The position numbers and the translations under genes are program-made. 64,000 bases of DNA from Tubiluchus corallicola. Its lineage: Eukaryota > Animalia > Priapulida. The notes below the pieces were generated by a model that saw only the letters and a list, made by a program, of their open reading frames with translations, searched no databases and was not told the origin of the DNA. Numbering within the stretch: the first letter of the stretch is position 1; the number at the start of each line of letters is the position of its first letter. Below, in pieces: positions 47,001 through 61,652 of the stretch. The stretch lies in contig JAQGDQ010000030.1 of the NCBI GenBank assembly GCA_030141605.1, positions 62,001 to 126,000 on the forward strand, given 5' to 3'.

Positions 47001-50000
47001 ATAAAGAAAACAAAATTCAGCATAAGATCTGCCAATCATTTACATAGAATATCAACAGAAACATCACATTTTTTCCAAAGGAAGCCATGCTAAATAAAAC
47101 TATTCTTTTACTATTCTACTAGAATCTTAGTAGAATAGAAGTTTCTACAATTTTTCCATCAAAATCCAACGGACTCTTAACTGCCTCCATACCACACTTC
47201 TTTACAAAATGGCATTTAAATCCATCAACTTTCTGAAAAGCTTTTTTAGAAAAACAAGCAAACAAACAAACATAATCAGATTAACATTGCTGCCATTCCC
47301 GTTAAACGCAACGTGTATTGCATTAATCAACTCATCTTAATTAAGCTTATTAGAAACATGTTTAGATACTTAATTTTCAGGATTTGACATTAACAGTGGA
47401 AGAACGAAAATGGCGAAAACTTTTTTAATACTCGTTCCATTTCGTTGCAAAGAATCAATACTGTAATATTGCTTTCATATATTGCAATATTTTACACTAC
47501 TATTCACTGAACTCATTTGCAATACAGAAAGCCTGACTATGCTAAGTTATGTACCTTTCACACCAGCATGAGCTACAGCTTCAGACCAGTCAACTAGTCT
47601 AGCAATAAAGGCAGGTTCACTACCAAGCCTGGTGGCAGCTTCAACTATCAACAAAAGTTATTATTCCTATCAATTTCATTGCAAAGTAGTACAATAAAAT
47701 TATGAAACACACAGAATAGCAAAAAATATTTAAGCAAGGCCACGAAAATTTTGCTGATGAAAATCCACATGCATCTATTTTAAATGGTAATATTTTATCA
47801 TCAACGTCATTATTGTTATTGTTGCAATTGTCACCAACTATAAAAATGCTAGAACAATATCATTGTGTTATGACTACTTATATGTTACTGCAGCCACCTG
47901 ATTTTACAACTTACAAGCTGCTTTGACAAAGGATGACAATAACAGCAAGGACATATTTTTTCTCTTTCCAGGAGTAGGTCATGTTAACCAAATTAGATAA
48001 AGCAAATTCTTGTTGGTTAGGTTGGCACTACAAAAATGGGTAAAGCTGGCAGCTGTGCAAATTGCATTTACACTAAATCTAACTATAATAACTTTTGCTG
48101 ATTACTGGGAAGTTGTCTCATCAAAAACTGCCATCCTAAATGCTGTATAGTTTTAACTTAGTAGTATAACTAATAGGCTAACAAGTACAAATAAAAAAAT
48201 AAATATCTGACATCCATTTTCTTCAACTGCCACAAAATTAACTGATCTGGAAAAAAAATTGATAAAAGGCAATACCTTGTCCGTCTATCAGCATGCGTAA
48301 AGTTCCCAACAATTTGAATATTACAGGATAGCTTTCTGTTTCCGCACAAAGTACTGGTGTTAATGCATCGAACACTCCACTCTCAATCATTAATGGCTTA
48401 TTTGGTGCTAAATAAAGAAACAATATTGGTGAAAATACACCTGGCATCAAACAAGCATAGAATCCAAAAAACTAAAAAACAAAACTCAAAAAACTTTAAT
48501 TTTTACACTTGTTCTCATTCAAAGAATAAAATAAGATAGCAATACATGACCTTCATTTTCAATATCTGCAACCAATCAGCGTAAAAGTATACGAATGATC
48601 GTTAATTTAAAAAAGTATGTATATATATATATAATTCATGACCTATAAATAACCTGCAAAATGCAAATTAAGTGCAAATTAGATTAATTAGATGATCATT
48701 TTGAATTAATGAGAAAAAAACAGTCATTTATAAAATCAATTGTCATCCTTAGCTTGTTATTTTGGTACAGCCATTCTTTCACCTACATACTGTAATACCA
48801 AACCCATTTCTAAACAAAGAAGGATCATATAGAAAACAATGACTTGTAGAAGCAATAGTTATTTAAACACTTGAAGCACCAATACCTGTAATCGCTAGGT
48901 TTCTAAGAGCGCTTAACACAGCATGCTGTAACCTCACATCAGGTTCTGCATCTTCCGGTGTCTTGAGCAACACAAGTAACTTGTCCATAATCCCACCACG
49001 TACTAGGCTAATGCAGTGCTCGTCTGTAAATACAATGGAAAAATAAGGTTTTGCAAACACATAAAAACACTTCCTTGTATGAACAATTTTAAAATGCCTG
49101 TTCCGGTGTTCTGGCAAGGGTTCGGAATGGAAATCTTAAACCTAGTTTACAATTCATTTGTTTTCTCTTTAAACATATATGCCTAAATGATTTTCAAACA
49201 CTCAATGAAAATGTACAAAAAATATCAAGTCTGTGCATGACGTAATGATAGTAAACTTTGGGAACCCGTTGCTAACACGATAAAATCAAATGAAGGCAGA
49301 TAAATTAAACCAAAAAAACATCGGTATTCTTAAACTTGAGTTCATAAGAACATTTAAAAAATGAAGCTGGTTTAGAATTTTCTGATTTGCATAATGACAA
49401 CGCTTTGACGTACATTGACAGAGACCTCAAACAATTTTGAATAGCCCTACGCAGAATTTTGAAAAGAAAGGATAAGTCAACATACCTGAAAACAAAAAAT
49501 ATAAGCCAGGGGCAGAGGTATCAGAGACGTTGTAATTTCAAAACGAAATGCTTCCTAGTAGAATTTTACATTACCACAAAACAAAAAATAAATCACTAAG
49601 AAATAGTTCGCAGATTTGAAGTTCATTAAATGCACAATAAGGTGCTCAAATGCAAATGTTTTGATACCAGACAATAAAATGCCAAAACTTGTTTCTGAAT
49701 TCATCTAAAGCTTGGCTAATTATCCACAAGACAAACCTTGAAGCTACAGCTTTAAAAATTGTATAACCTTTGAAACCTAAACCAATAAACAGAAAAATTT
49801 GCCTCTTGTTACGTTTCCCAGCTTGTAGACTGAACTCGACAAGTGCCTGAATGGAACTGAACGCATTATCTAAATGAATGTCAAATACGTGTAATTCATA
49901 TGCAAACTTCTTGATTTTTCTACACACCGAAAGAAAGGAAAAGTGGAGCCATTGTTAAATCATAGCAGAAAATGATCGAAACATAAAATATTGAAAGGGA

Positions 50001-53000
50001 AAATGTGCTTTCTTCAAGAGTGATTTACCGGAAAAAATTATTCCTACGGAAATTTAATTTTATGCTTGTGCCGCAAGTTTTCCACTGTTACATGCATTTC
50101 ACCACTCGCTGGTTAGAAGGACACAACGCCTGCATCTCGGAAATGCATTGCACAATTAAAGGGCATCATACTTCCTAGTCTGTTCTGACATATTACACAT
50201 TTGCTTTGAAACAGCATGTTAGCACAATGATAAGCTTGCAACTTAAACTTTTAACTGAAAAATTAGCCGAGGTAATATAAATATATGTATAGACAGTGCT
50301 GTACTTCACTTTTCGATTCATAAGCATGTGCAAGAGGCTCGTAGAATATTTTTACCGTTCGAAAATCGCGTTCATTTGTGACGTCATCGCTAATAGTGCT
50401 CACCCCTGTTAATTAAATTTCTAAGCTAATAGCTTTTGTCATTATTATAGTTGACAAAATGTATACTTTTTACTTTACTTGATAACGGGATAGGATCTGA
50501 AAAGTCATTGTGTTTTCCTTTAACCACAAGTGAATGTGCTTACTGTCGAGGTATCGATTACAGATGAAAGCGGGAGACTTCTGAAATCAATTTCCTGACT
50601 TGAACAGTTACAAGCAGAGTTACAATTACAATGTGAAGTTACAGTTACAATGTGCAAGACCATCTGAGCATGAGTGGCGTCATCAGAAACTTAGTTCTAT
50701 TGGACAAATTCAGTCAATAGTTGTTATTGAACAACTATGTTGCTCTGGCATACTGCTATAAATAACGATACATGAATGTTGAAACATAACATGAGTTTGC
50801 ACTCAAAGATCTAAGAGTATCTAACAAATAATAATGACCTAACATTTGTGAACGAACCTAAAACAATCTCAACTTCTATACTCTCACAACAGTTCCCTAA
50901 CAGCATGTCTAGTACAGAACTCTCGAAGCTGGGATCAAACATTAATGGGACAGCCTACTTAACAAAAATGATGTGGCAAGATCATAACCTGTCTCATTAT
51001 CAAGGAAAAGCACGAGTTTTCTATGCTTCTAATAAATAAACATATATGGGAGTTTATAATATTTAATCAAAACTTTGATAGTTTGTGACGATTGCATTTA
51101 ATGGAACCAAGTTTGGTCACAGAATATATTTTTTTCTCAATTTATCTACGAATAACTGAATTTTTCACTGAAGATGGGAAGAGTAAAATGTAGAGAAATG
51201 GAAAAACATCACTTAGCCACCTATCATTTACAAATATATGAATTCAACCATAATTTCATTATAACACATTCAATATATGTAATTGGCACAAACTATTTCC
51301 CATCATAATATACACTGTCACCAAGCTCCATATTTGCATCAATACTTACCATTTCGAGCAAAGTTGCCAATAGCCAGGGCACCGGCTAAGCGTAGGGTAT
51401 CACACGACGATTCTAACCACGCAACAGATGATTTATACACATTTCCGGCACCGACTTTATATAAGTACTGCATACTCTCATCTACGTGATAAAAAACAAC
51501 AAAATTAAACATTTTTTTATCAAAAAATGTTTAATGTTTTTTTCAAAATGCAGTTAACCAATTTGTACAATCGCAAAAAAAATGAGATACAAGATACAAA
51601 GCTTCTAAAAGTTTTCATTTTTTTAATGAACTAATATATATGTTTAAATGGAAAGAAAAGTATGGTAAATTTCTTACTTTGTCACTTGCAAACATTATGA
51701 AATGTTAATTTTGGCATCATACAGACCTAAATTATTTATGAGCCAACTTATGATTGAATGATTTCCTCTTCAACAATGGTTTTTCATGTGAGATACTTCA
51801 AATAATGCGTTTTATTCTCAAATTGTCTTGAAGGTGGTTTATTTTTTACCAAAAAATGCTAAATATAGGTGAAAAATTGTAAGCTCCCAAATTTCCACAA
51901 TGACAGAAAAAAGCACCAGCTAATTTGTTGCAAACCGACCTTCAAAATCTTGCTTGCAAAGTGACACTTCTATGAATCGCCTTTCCAAACGAGTTACACA
52001 AGAGAAAGACTCACAGAAATTTATGGCTTCATTTTATTATTGTATCAGTAACTGTTGCTGTTTACTGATCAGTAGTGCTCCATTACAGTTATGCATATTA
52101 TAAAATAATGTACAGCCTCTGTATTTACCAACGTATACAAGAACATAGCCATTCATCAGTGTGTGCCATTGCATTATCGGTCGGGAAATACTACATATAG
52201 TTGTAGTAAACAGTTGCAGTATAGCCTGTTTCAACAAAAGGGCTTTGGCACTGACTAGTTGTTTGACACAACTAACTGTAAAATGCCCTGCGGAACAAAA
52301 ACCGACAAAGTAAGAGTGCCCGTCATCTGCTGCCATAGTTAAATAGTGAAAAGGTATTATATATGCACCTGGAAATTATTGCATTTGCCCTGTCATAAAA
52401 TTCGCAGACACTCCCATGATACCATCACACCTACTACTCTAATATATGCAAATTCCATTTTGCATCACTATATTCCATTGAGACAGCTGTACAGTGATAG
52501 TGAAATGCTAACTAAGTCAAATTGCTCTCTAGTTTCAAATTCAATATAAATGCAGTCTTTTAGCTTTCTGTTTACATCTTAATATTACCCCTAGAACAAA
52601 GAGATTTACAAATAAAGTAAGAGAACTAAAAGCAAAAAAGGTTGTTTGAACGTCATCTCTCTCGATTGCTAATTAATCCTGAACGTGACAAGACTCACCT
52701 CCAGTTAAAATAAGAACAATGATATCACAGGCTAATTTGAGAAGCGTCTGATCTTCCTCTTCCGTGCTAAACTCATGCTGTGTCACTAATGACAGGAGAT
52801 GATCACACAAACCCACTTTTGCCAGCTGCAGTTTAAACACATCTGTAAATTGACAAGGATATGACACGAGACGTAGAGGGTAAATTTCATTTTAAGAATG
52901 TAGCAAATTTTATAATTGAATCTGTACTTCAGCTGAAACAACTAATTTAAACAGACATAAAAACCTCTGCATTTCATTTTAGCTATTTTTACTGATACAT

Positions 53001-55674
53001 TTTCAGCAAGTCAAAGCTTTTCAAATAGGTTTTGACTTGATTTTTTACAGCAAGCGAAAAATTTGAAATGTGTAACCATAAGACTTATGTAATCACTTTA
53101 ACTTATGACAACATTCACACTTTTGGGCTAATGTAAGACAAGTGAAGATTAGTAATATTCTCCATGTCAATGAGCTAATATAATTTCAGTATCCCTCACA
53201 AGTTGTGTGCACAAAGTCAGCCAGCACTAGCATTAATAAATCATCTCTGGTACTTGCCACAGTTTCTTCTGTAAACATTAACACAGAAAAATGAAGAGAA
53301 AAGCCCAACATGAATAAAAATTAGAAACAATACATGCAGTAAAATTAGAATCAGCACAATCTTTTTACACAAACCATGTTCGCATAGCGTCCCAATGAGT
53401 TCCAACAGAGAATCAAGAACTAGAAGACCAGTATCACTATTCAGCAACTGTACCAGGAGCTCAGCTATGTTAGTATCTATAAGCCTCTCCTTTGCTGAAT
53501 CTGAAATAAAAGCCATCTTAAACTTTCATGGACATTTTTTCTATAACAATTTGAAAGCATTCCTTAATACGCTCTCGAAATTCCGAAAACGTCCATTTTC
53601 TCATTTCTAGGAGTGATAAGGAAAAAATATGTATTATCAACACCAGAGCATCAAAGTTTACTTGGTTTGCGTATGTATGTTTTTATTTAAGAACCACGTA
53701 AACGACAAAATGCAATGTTCACAGTAAAGCACCGAACAGTGAAATGGGTCCAAGCTCCTTGACGCCGTGAGAATACCCATGGGCAGTCTCCCAAATGAAA
53801 CCACCCAAAATATGTTTTTCTGTCGCACAATTATCCATTTACTGACCAGCATTATCACTGGTTAACTTCACAGAAAAGCGCACATAATAATACTTGGCTA
53901 TTTTCTCCACCCCATTGCCCAACTGACTTACGTCCACTCAGACTAAGAACAAAAAAAACTATTCACTGCTATTACCAGCATCAGCAATGCATATTAGACA
54001 CATCAAAGTCATTTGACACAGATCTGCATCATTGGCATAAGATTCCAAGTGCTTTATGATCAGGTCACAAACTCCACATTCAATAGCTTTTTCCTGAGTA
54101 GGTGCTGAAAAACAAAAATGTGTATGACTGATATCAATTATAAAACTGGTTCTTAAAAATGGGAGCAACCGCACCACCAAGAACATTTCTCAAAATTTTC
54201 AACAACCTGTCTTATGACTTTATTTGACCAACCTGCCTCGCGTGTTTTAGAAATGAGCATGCATTTAAGCAACTCATTTGTCAAGGTTGACTGAGTTTAC
54301 CAAGGACCAAAATAATCACCCCAAATCTAATTATTATAATATATTTTTGTTACACGCTGATACTGTCTATTGTGGCATAGACAAACAAATAACTGCTTCA
54401 TTTCCACGACACCTTTTTGGTATGTGTCACGGTGCCTTTTTTATGTGCTTGCTCTCTCTAATTTTAGAACCTGGCTATACTCCTGCTTAAAATATGATAT
54501 ACAAAATTATTTTATTCACTGTCAGTGGCCAACATGATGAAAACCAGCATGGGCAATCTTTTATGAAACAGAAATAAAACATAAAAAATACCAGCAGCAC
54601 TTTCAAGTGCTCTACAGTTCCCTAAATATCAGAAAATTCAGACTTTTGGTATCAAATTTGAAGGCTTAGAATGGTATTAAAAGCAAAAAGGTATCAGAAT
54701 AATCAACTGACATTTACAAGCAAAAATTTCTGCCAACAATGAAATGCAGCCAGTGTGCACCGTACCCAGCAAAAAGTACCATCAGGGAAACTCAGAACTT
54801 GAGAAAAAACGATACCATAAGCTCACCTCTACCCCCCCCCCCCCCCAAGAAGAACTGCAACTACCAAGGCACCAATGCAACCTTGTACTTTAATTCATTT
54901 TTGCACTTTTTATCAATGAAATTAACTTTCCATTAGTTTGATATAATTAATTTAAGAAATCAAGCTTCATTTGGATGCATCTATAGTTACATGGTGTAAA
55001 TTAATGTCATCTGAAAATGCAGATATAGAAACTTTGATAGACAAAATACTCAATTTCCTATGTTGAAATTCAAACAGACATAACTTAATAAACAACAGTG
55101 TCATCAAAACGATGGAAGAGATATCCAAGACTTCCTCTAGATAAACCTCTGGATACAGCACTATCATCTTGTCCGAAATGGGAAGGATTGGCTAACCGTA
55201 CTCGTTATTGATCTGTATCGTCTGTCCAAATGCCTGATTATGTCGTTTAGTTATATCTAACTAACTAGTTATGACAACTATTTATTGTTGTCAAATAATT
55301 TGTTTTAACGTAGAACACCATTTATTGTTGTCATAAATCTGTTTTATCGTAAAAATTTAGAATATTAAGTTACTTTATTGTGACATCATAAAACAAGGAC
55401 TACCTAAAAACTTATTACATCATCAAACAATCATACCAAGTTTAGCGTGCGACTCAACAAATGTAGGCGAGATTGGTTTTCCAATTTCCTTTAAGTGAGC
55501 AGAAAAAAATTGACACAGCTTGCTCCGCATGGTTGTGAAATAAAACTGTTTATTTTTGTATATTTGACTTAGTTCCATGAGCTGTCGAGGTCCTCTTTGA
55601 CAACAACGAAAACAACAATGATGGCAACAGCGATAGTGGTAGCAATGGCAATAGCCACAGTCACGACCACCGCC

Positions 55675-55713
<39 letters not shown>

Positions 55714-58700
55714 ATGTAATAAGTTTTTAGATAGTTTTTGTTTAATGCTGTCATAATAGAGTAACTTAATATTCTAAATTTTTACGATAAAACAGTTCTA
55801 TGACAACAATAAATGGTGTTCTAGGCTAAAACAAATTGTATGGTAACAACAAATAGTTATCATGACTGGATACAATGAACAATAATCTAGAACAACAATA
55901 AGCTTTGCCATCTTCACGGCAAAATTAATCCGTTTACAAACTTACATTGCAGGCAAGTACTGCAATGAGCAAGTTGACATTAAAAGGCAAAAAAAATCTT
56001 TATTGTTTCAGCTTTTTTTGCAAAATGTGCTGTGAAAGTTTTATTGTAGAATCCATTGTTGTGTACAGTATAATTTGATTAGACGTGCAAACACTAGGTA
56101 ACTAAATACAGGAAAACAATGTGAAACACAAATTCACTGCAGCAGAGAGTGATTCAAATCATTCAGTTTGGATGGAGGAACATTTCTAACAACACGGCTT
56201 CTTCGTATAAGATATTGCAAACTTCCAAAGGAAAATGAAAATAGGCAGTAAAAGGCAAATTGAAAAGAACTCCAATACACTTAAGAGTGAACCATAATTC
56301 ACGTCAGTTCGCTTTTATTACCCAAACAACCAAAGTTCTAAACGAGGCTTCAGCCTTTTCGCAATATTTGCGTGCAAAGTGATTCTATCACATGCGTTTC
56401 AGAAGACAAGCGAGAATTTTGCAAAAGTCATAAACACGATGCATTAGCTTACTTTCTAAACTGTTGCTATTGGAAACAGCTAATAAATAACTAACAGTTA
56501 CGATATGGCAAACCATTCCACATTACTGCTGCTGCTCATAGAATGGGTTAACCACAAGGCAATTAATGACATACAACTCGAGCTGATGCTGCATAAAATG
56601 CTTTGATGACCACCGCAGTTAATAACATTAAAAGCTTTTAATAGCATTACTACTCACAGTCGGTAGGGTGAACAATAAACAACCTTCCAAAGGAAATGAA
56701 ATTTGCCCGACAGAAAAATAATCAATATTTGCTACTTAAATATAATATAAAGAAACTACTCATATCAAATGCAATTTAATTGGTAAGGTAAATGTTTTGG
56801 TTTTGCTATGCATAGTATAACATACAAGCTGTGCTGTACCAGCCACTTACTTATACTTTATCTAGTAATTTATATCTCAAATAGAAATAAAATCAAGTAC
56901 TTTTTGAAGCATAATAACACAATTCATGGGTTCCATCGTAAAATATGCTTCAACCAGTGCTTCGTCAAAAATAAACCTGTATATGTAAGCTTTGTAACTG
57001 AAAAGCTGCTATACCTGTGCGCATGCAGCTAGTTAGTTCAAGGGCTGTTATTCTTGCCAAAAAAATGAAACATTCTCTTTTAATGTATACTCATTAAACC
57101 ATTTTAGACTGACTTATGTTTGTGTATGTGTTAAATTACCATACCTGGTGCAATAAAATATTCTTTAGAAAATTCTTTATTTATTTATTTGAAATATCTC
57201 AATAAAACAAAAAGCTTAATTATTGTTAACTTAGCTTATTATTTCGTAACAACTTAAATTTAATTTAAAGTGTTTTTTTGCTAATAGTGAAGAACATCAT
57301 ATTGCTTTTACAGGAAGACACAAATCATTTTCTTAATCAACTCCTTGTAGCAGGAAAACAATAACTACAGCCAGGCCAGCTTATCATACAGCTGCAGCAG
57401 CTGTGCCGTTGCTTTAATATCCCGTCTAATCCTGCTTAATTACTCAACTGCTACAACGTCAGCTTGCAAAAAATTTTACGATCGTACAGTATTATAACAC
57501 ACGAGAAATAATGCAGATCTGTTCATTTTATATACTATTCCCCAGCTTATAAATGCTGCCTTTGCAGCCATCTGACAAAGTTAGTATTATCCACACATTA
57601 CTTCAAAATGAGCAAACACTCTACGCATGTTTCTTGTGCTGCTTGGGAAGTAAAGGCTCGTACTTGGACACAACACAAACAACCAAAAATTCAAGAATAG
57701 TAAAGTCATACTAACTGTGAGTATTAGTCAAGTTAAGAAGAAAGCCACACGCTATAATTCTGAGCTGTTTGGAATCATCATCAGTGCGATTCAACTGTGA
57801 TCTCATTATGTCAACCAGCTTTGTCGTTCCCTCCAGTTCGTACACGGTATCCCGAGCAACATCTGCCACAAACAAATGTTTTAAGCTCGGATTCAATTTA
57901 AAAAAGTTGTTTTATTCAACTGAACATTACAAGAGTTAACCCTCTTTCTAATTAATCAATGAAATAAATGGTTTCATTTCTAAGTACAGCAACACTGCCA
58001 CAAGTTCACAGAATCTTTGATTTCGATTGCAATATGCAATTTCAGAAGCAAAAGAATGGAGAGGAAAAATTTGAAAAATGGTGTGGATGTCATGGCAGTC
58101 ACACGAATGCAAAAAATTCTACTCAATGTTTGGTTTGTAAGCTAAGATACTCACCGCATTCATAACATATATTTCCCAGAGCTCGGCAAGCCTGAGCTGC
58201 AAGTGCTGCATCATCAGCTGAAAGCAACTCAACCAGTCTTGGTGCTAAATTCGCTTCAATGCACTTCGGTCTTGCAGATTCTGCAAAATGAATCACAAGA
58301 AAAATCAGTTTTTAACACTGAAGTATTTTTAAAAGGTAAATAAATTTGACACAGTTGTCATTGTTGCTTAATAACATTATAAGCATAAATTAGCAGAAAA
58401 AATAATGAACCCTAGCTTAAGAATTGAACTCAGAGTCTTCTACTAGCTAGTTATTTATGCCCACAGAAGAACTGAAGTTAGTGCTGGCTCATCAGTTAAA
58501 AGGCATTCTACTAGTTATACTCAGAAATGACATTAATTTGGTACACTGAATTATGTATCTATTACACCAATTATTGGCAAAAGTGAGAAGAAGCTATACA
58601 TATAAGAAATAATCATAATCTGTAAGTTAGAAAAGCTAGAAAAGTTCTAGGAAAGCTATAAGCCATATTACAGAGTGCAGTTAAATCTGCTTAGAGAATT

Positions 58701-61471
58701 AATGCTGTAATAAATATATAATTTTGCGATAAATTAAATGAACATATAACTTAAACAAACCCTAAACAAAATTTAATATTTCTAATCTCTGAAGTTCTCG
58801 CTCTATTTCTGGATTCTAAAGTGCATATAATATCAAAGGTTAACATTAAAAGCACTCTCACTTAAAAGAATAATTCTAAAGTTAAAAAGCAGAACCTATC
58901 AATTCTTCGGTTTTTGCCAATATTCCAGATTTGTAGGTAACCTGTGCTCATACTATACTCAGAAAAAACTTGGGTAGATATACCTGTTATAGATGAGCAA
59001 ATACTATTCATAACTGTTTGTAGTGCTTAACAAAAACTAGTATTTGATGGATGGTTTCACTATTACAAGTTAAACGTTAATTTGTAAAGGGTTGGCTTAT
59101 CATGTTTCTGACTGACTTAACCGGAGGTAAAGAGTTATGAAAGGAAAGAGAATATGGACACAAAAGCGTGATAATCGGAAGCTATAACACAAAAGTAATC
59201 TGTGACAGCATCTGGCAACATCTACTTAAATGCCAAATTATCTCATTAAAACTTTTTGACTAAACTTGCTTACCACAAATGGCTTTTTAAAATACATTCT
59301 AAGGGGTGATATCAATTTATTACCCAAAATTGCAAAGAGATTCCATTTTTAAAGAAACGGTTAAAAATTTAACAGAAAAATAATATATAACCAATACCAA
59401 ATGCAAAAAAATTAAAATTCATATGAATGACTTGCTAATGACAGGGGAAATTTTTTGATGTTCTTCTTGGCGAGATTGCAATCAGTACTTAGTGAATACT
59501 AGATAAGATAGCTTTCAGTACAGCAGAAGGACATAAATTTTTCTCTTCAGATTTTCACGAACGAACCCCCATCCCATGAACAACGAAAGAACCTCTCATC
59601 CCAAAATCCCAAAAATAATAGGTAGATGATCATTTTCTAAAGTAGAAACAAGGACTATGCAAAGGTGGGTTATCCAAATGACAAAGGTAACCTTGTATCA
59701 TGCAAGATTCACTGGGAATGTTTTCATATAGTTATAAATGAAACTCAAGACTTATATAAAACTGATCTATTTACATAAAACTGTGACTTTGCGGCATACT
59801 AGCTAATACACAACAAGCTAGTGTTTTAGGAAGTGACTAACACACTTACCAATTCCTACAAAAAATTCTTCTAATACCAGTAAAAGACAAGTTAGACAAT
59901 ACACATAGTGAACTGTTGTTCAGCATTTTTATTTATTGCTAGGTTTTAGCTTGGTTCTGCTTAAAGAAGGGAGATTCTTGGGCCGGTTTCATTTTCACAA
60001 CATGACTGATAGCACACTAGCAACATTTCAAACAATTTGAAAATAACAGGATTCATTGCATAAATATTCCATAACAATGTCAAAAAACTATTTGTGGTGA
60101 ATAAATAATATGCAAATGCTTTCAAATATCAGCATCAAGAATTTATTTGTGATGAATATTTGGTAAAGGCATGTGCTTCCAGACATGTAATTTCCTATAA
60201 CACTTGGATGGGCTGCATACTAAATAAATCAGGTGAATAAAAACCACGCTGGCGTTTGCCTCACATTATATACATACCTGATTTGGCAATTTCTGCAGTT
60301 GCCTCTGCTACTTTTATAAGTGGTGCACCATCTATATGTAACAACGTGTTGAATTCTTCTAAAATGCCCTGACTTATTAAATGCTTTGACACCTTCTGTA
60401 TATCTATGCCTGAAACACGAATTATCAAAATATGAACAAGGTTATTCAAAGCTACTACTAGCAAATGCAGCACTCTTCAAATGTTTCTATAATATTAATT
60501 CTCGTCTTTTTCACTATCGGCTAGTAGATGGCTCTGCTAAATTCGACATAGATTTTTCAAAGATAAATCCTGGGTGCAAAATAGGCTGAACAGCCTTAGT
60601 GCTGTTGTGGTTTTTCACATCATGTTCGTGAGATAAGTCAGTCAATTAATTGTCAATAGCTTTCAAGTAAGCCATACTGCCTTGACAAGCTAATCTGTTG
60701 AGTGTAATAAGTATTGACAGACGAGGGCAGTTGCCAAATCTGCTATATTATAGGACATAATCTATGGAAAAGAACAGACAGATCAGTGATGATTATTATA
60801 AGAGTGAATTTGTTTGTTAGGATTTTTGTTTACATGCATTGTACAAAACACGAAAAAGAAGTGACATATTTGAAAAGGAATAGGTGTGTGTAAATGAAAA
60901 TGTTTTCTTTAATCCTTCTGGCTGCCACAACAATAACGTCACTCTATATTTTGAATGCTGCCAATTTTACATGTTTTCTTTCACTTAAAAGCAATACTGG
61001 GTTTAATCTGTACTTACACGGGTAACAACAGTTTAATTCTGAGTTTCATGACTGACCTATCTTAGGCATTAACTGTGTATAAAAAAACCAAGTGTCCAAG
61101 AAAAGGATTAGAAACTGGTGTCATGCAACCAATGCTAGTTCACTATCTTAAATTTTAGAACTAATATTCTATCATTAGATACAAAAGTGTAGGTAGAACT
61201 TTTGAGCACCCAGCAGTCGGTTGAGGTGCAACCAATTAGTAAAGTAACATCTGCGAAAAACTCTTCTTAGAACCTTTGTACATGTTTTTAAAGGTTATAC
61301 TTTTTGATTAGAAGTATTGTTTTTTATTTAACTTATTTAATTAGTTGAAATCACAGTGAGTACCTTCTGCTGTGAGGTAAGCTACGATGCTTGTCAGCAG
61401 TTCCTCTGACTTCGCAACATCCTGCTGCTGTGTAGCAATCTTTAGAGCCGAAAATGCCTTGGTTACATCAT
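44029..61471 (-). CDS. RAP1GDS1: Rap1 GTPase-GDP dissociation stimulator 1 (SmgGDS, armadillo repeats), start exon not located
   Basis: Exons 5'->3' on the minus strand: 61364-61471, 60278-60409, 58155-58280, 57716-57862, 53976-54104, 53375-53500, 52699-52842, 51350-51481, 48886-49023, 48276-48407, 47555-47644, 46772-46948, 44824-44952, 44029-44153. All introns are phase 1; with a 4-nt ATGG first exon the protein would be about 612 aa. Motifs: AEIAKS, QACRALGNICY, GFLLNL, ACDIIVLILTGDESM, GALAIGNFARND, VRLQHAVLSALRNLAI, PVIFKLLGTLRMLIDGQ, HAGVKGEANRLLAALIKHS, VMQNEALIAL. Confidence 0.94.
50099..50523. mobile_element. Kolobok-like non-autonomous element, 3' portion (homologous to 61653-62287)
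   Basis: Colinear similarity over about 400 bp with 61860-62291 (CCTGCAT.TCGGAAA.GCATTGCACAA, GTTAGCACA, TTTGTGA.GTCATC, AAAATGTATACTTTTTAC). It ends in GTGTTTTCCT|TTAA; the left end is not defined. Confidence 0.65.
54967..55232 (-). mobile_element. Highly degenerate CR1/L2-type RT fragment
   Basis: Across frameshifts the minus strand reads RVRL...AVSRGLSRGSLG (resembling V.SGVPQGS.LG) and SISAFSDDINLH (resembling LFADD.KLY). Confidence 0.35.
55262..55872. mobile_element. Foldback/MITE-like element with about 120-bp inverted arms and an internal (AAC)n tract
   Basis: 55262-55385 is the reverse complement of 55749-55872 (for example CTGTTTTATCGTAAAAATTTAGAATATTAAGTTACT versus AGTAACTTAATATTCTAAATTTTTACGATAAAACAG). 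(AAC)n lies at about 55676-55711 and a short hairpin TTTGCC..GGCAAA at about 55904-55924. Confidence 0.8.
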
Positions 61472-61652
61472 CTGAAAATAGGAACTTCAAATATGAAAAG
61501 CTTTCTTGATGCTGAAAATGTTGTGGTGGGTTTTCATTATAGTTCTGTTTTTGTTTGACAAAAATAGATAAACAGGACAGACCATGCATCTGTACAGGAC
61601 ATTACTATAACCGCATGACGTTGCTAGTCATTGCAAAAATGTTGAGAATTAA

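Noticed and set aside
55569-55754. Poly-Val membrane-like ORF
   Set aside because: Translation of the (AAC)n microsatellite inside a foldback element.
58410-58450. tRNA B-box-like sequence (GAGTTCAATTCT on -); similar weak motifs near 40980-41070
   Set aside because: No cloverleaf or A-box partner; at most a decayed SINE head.
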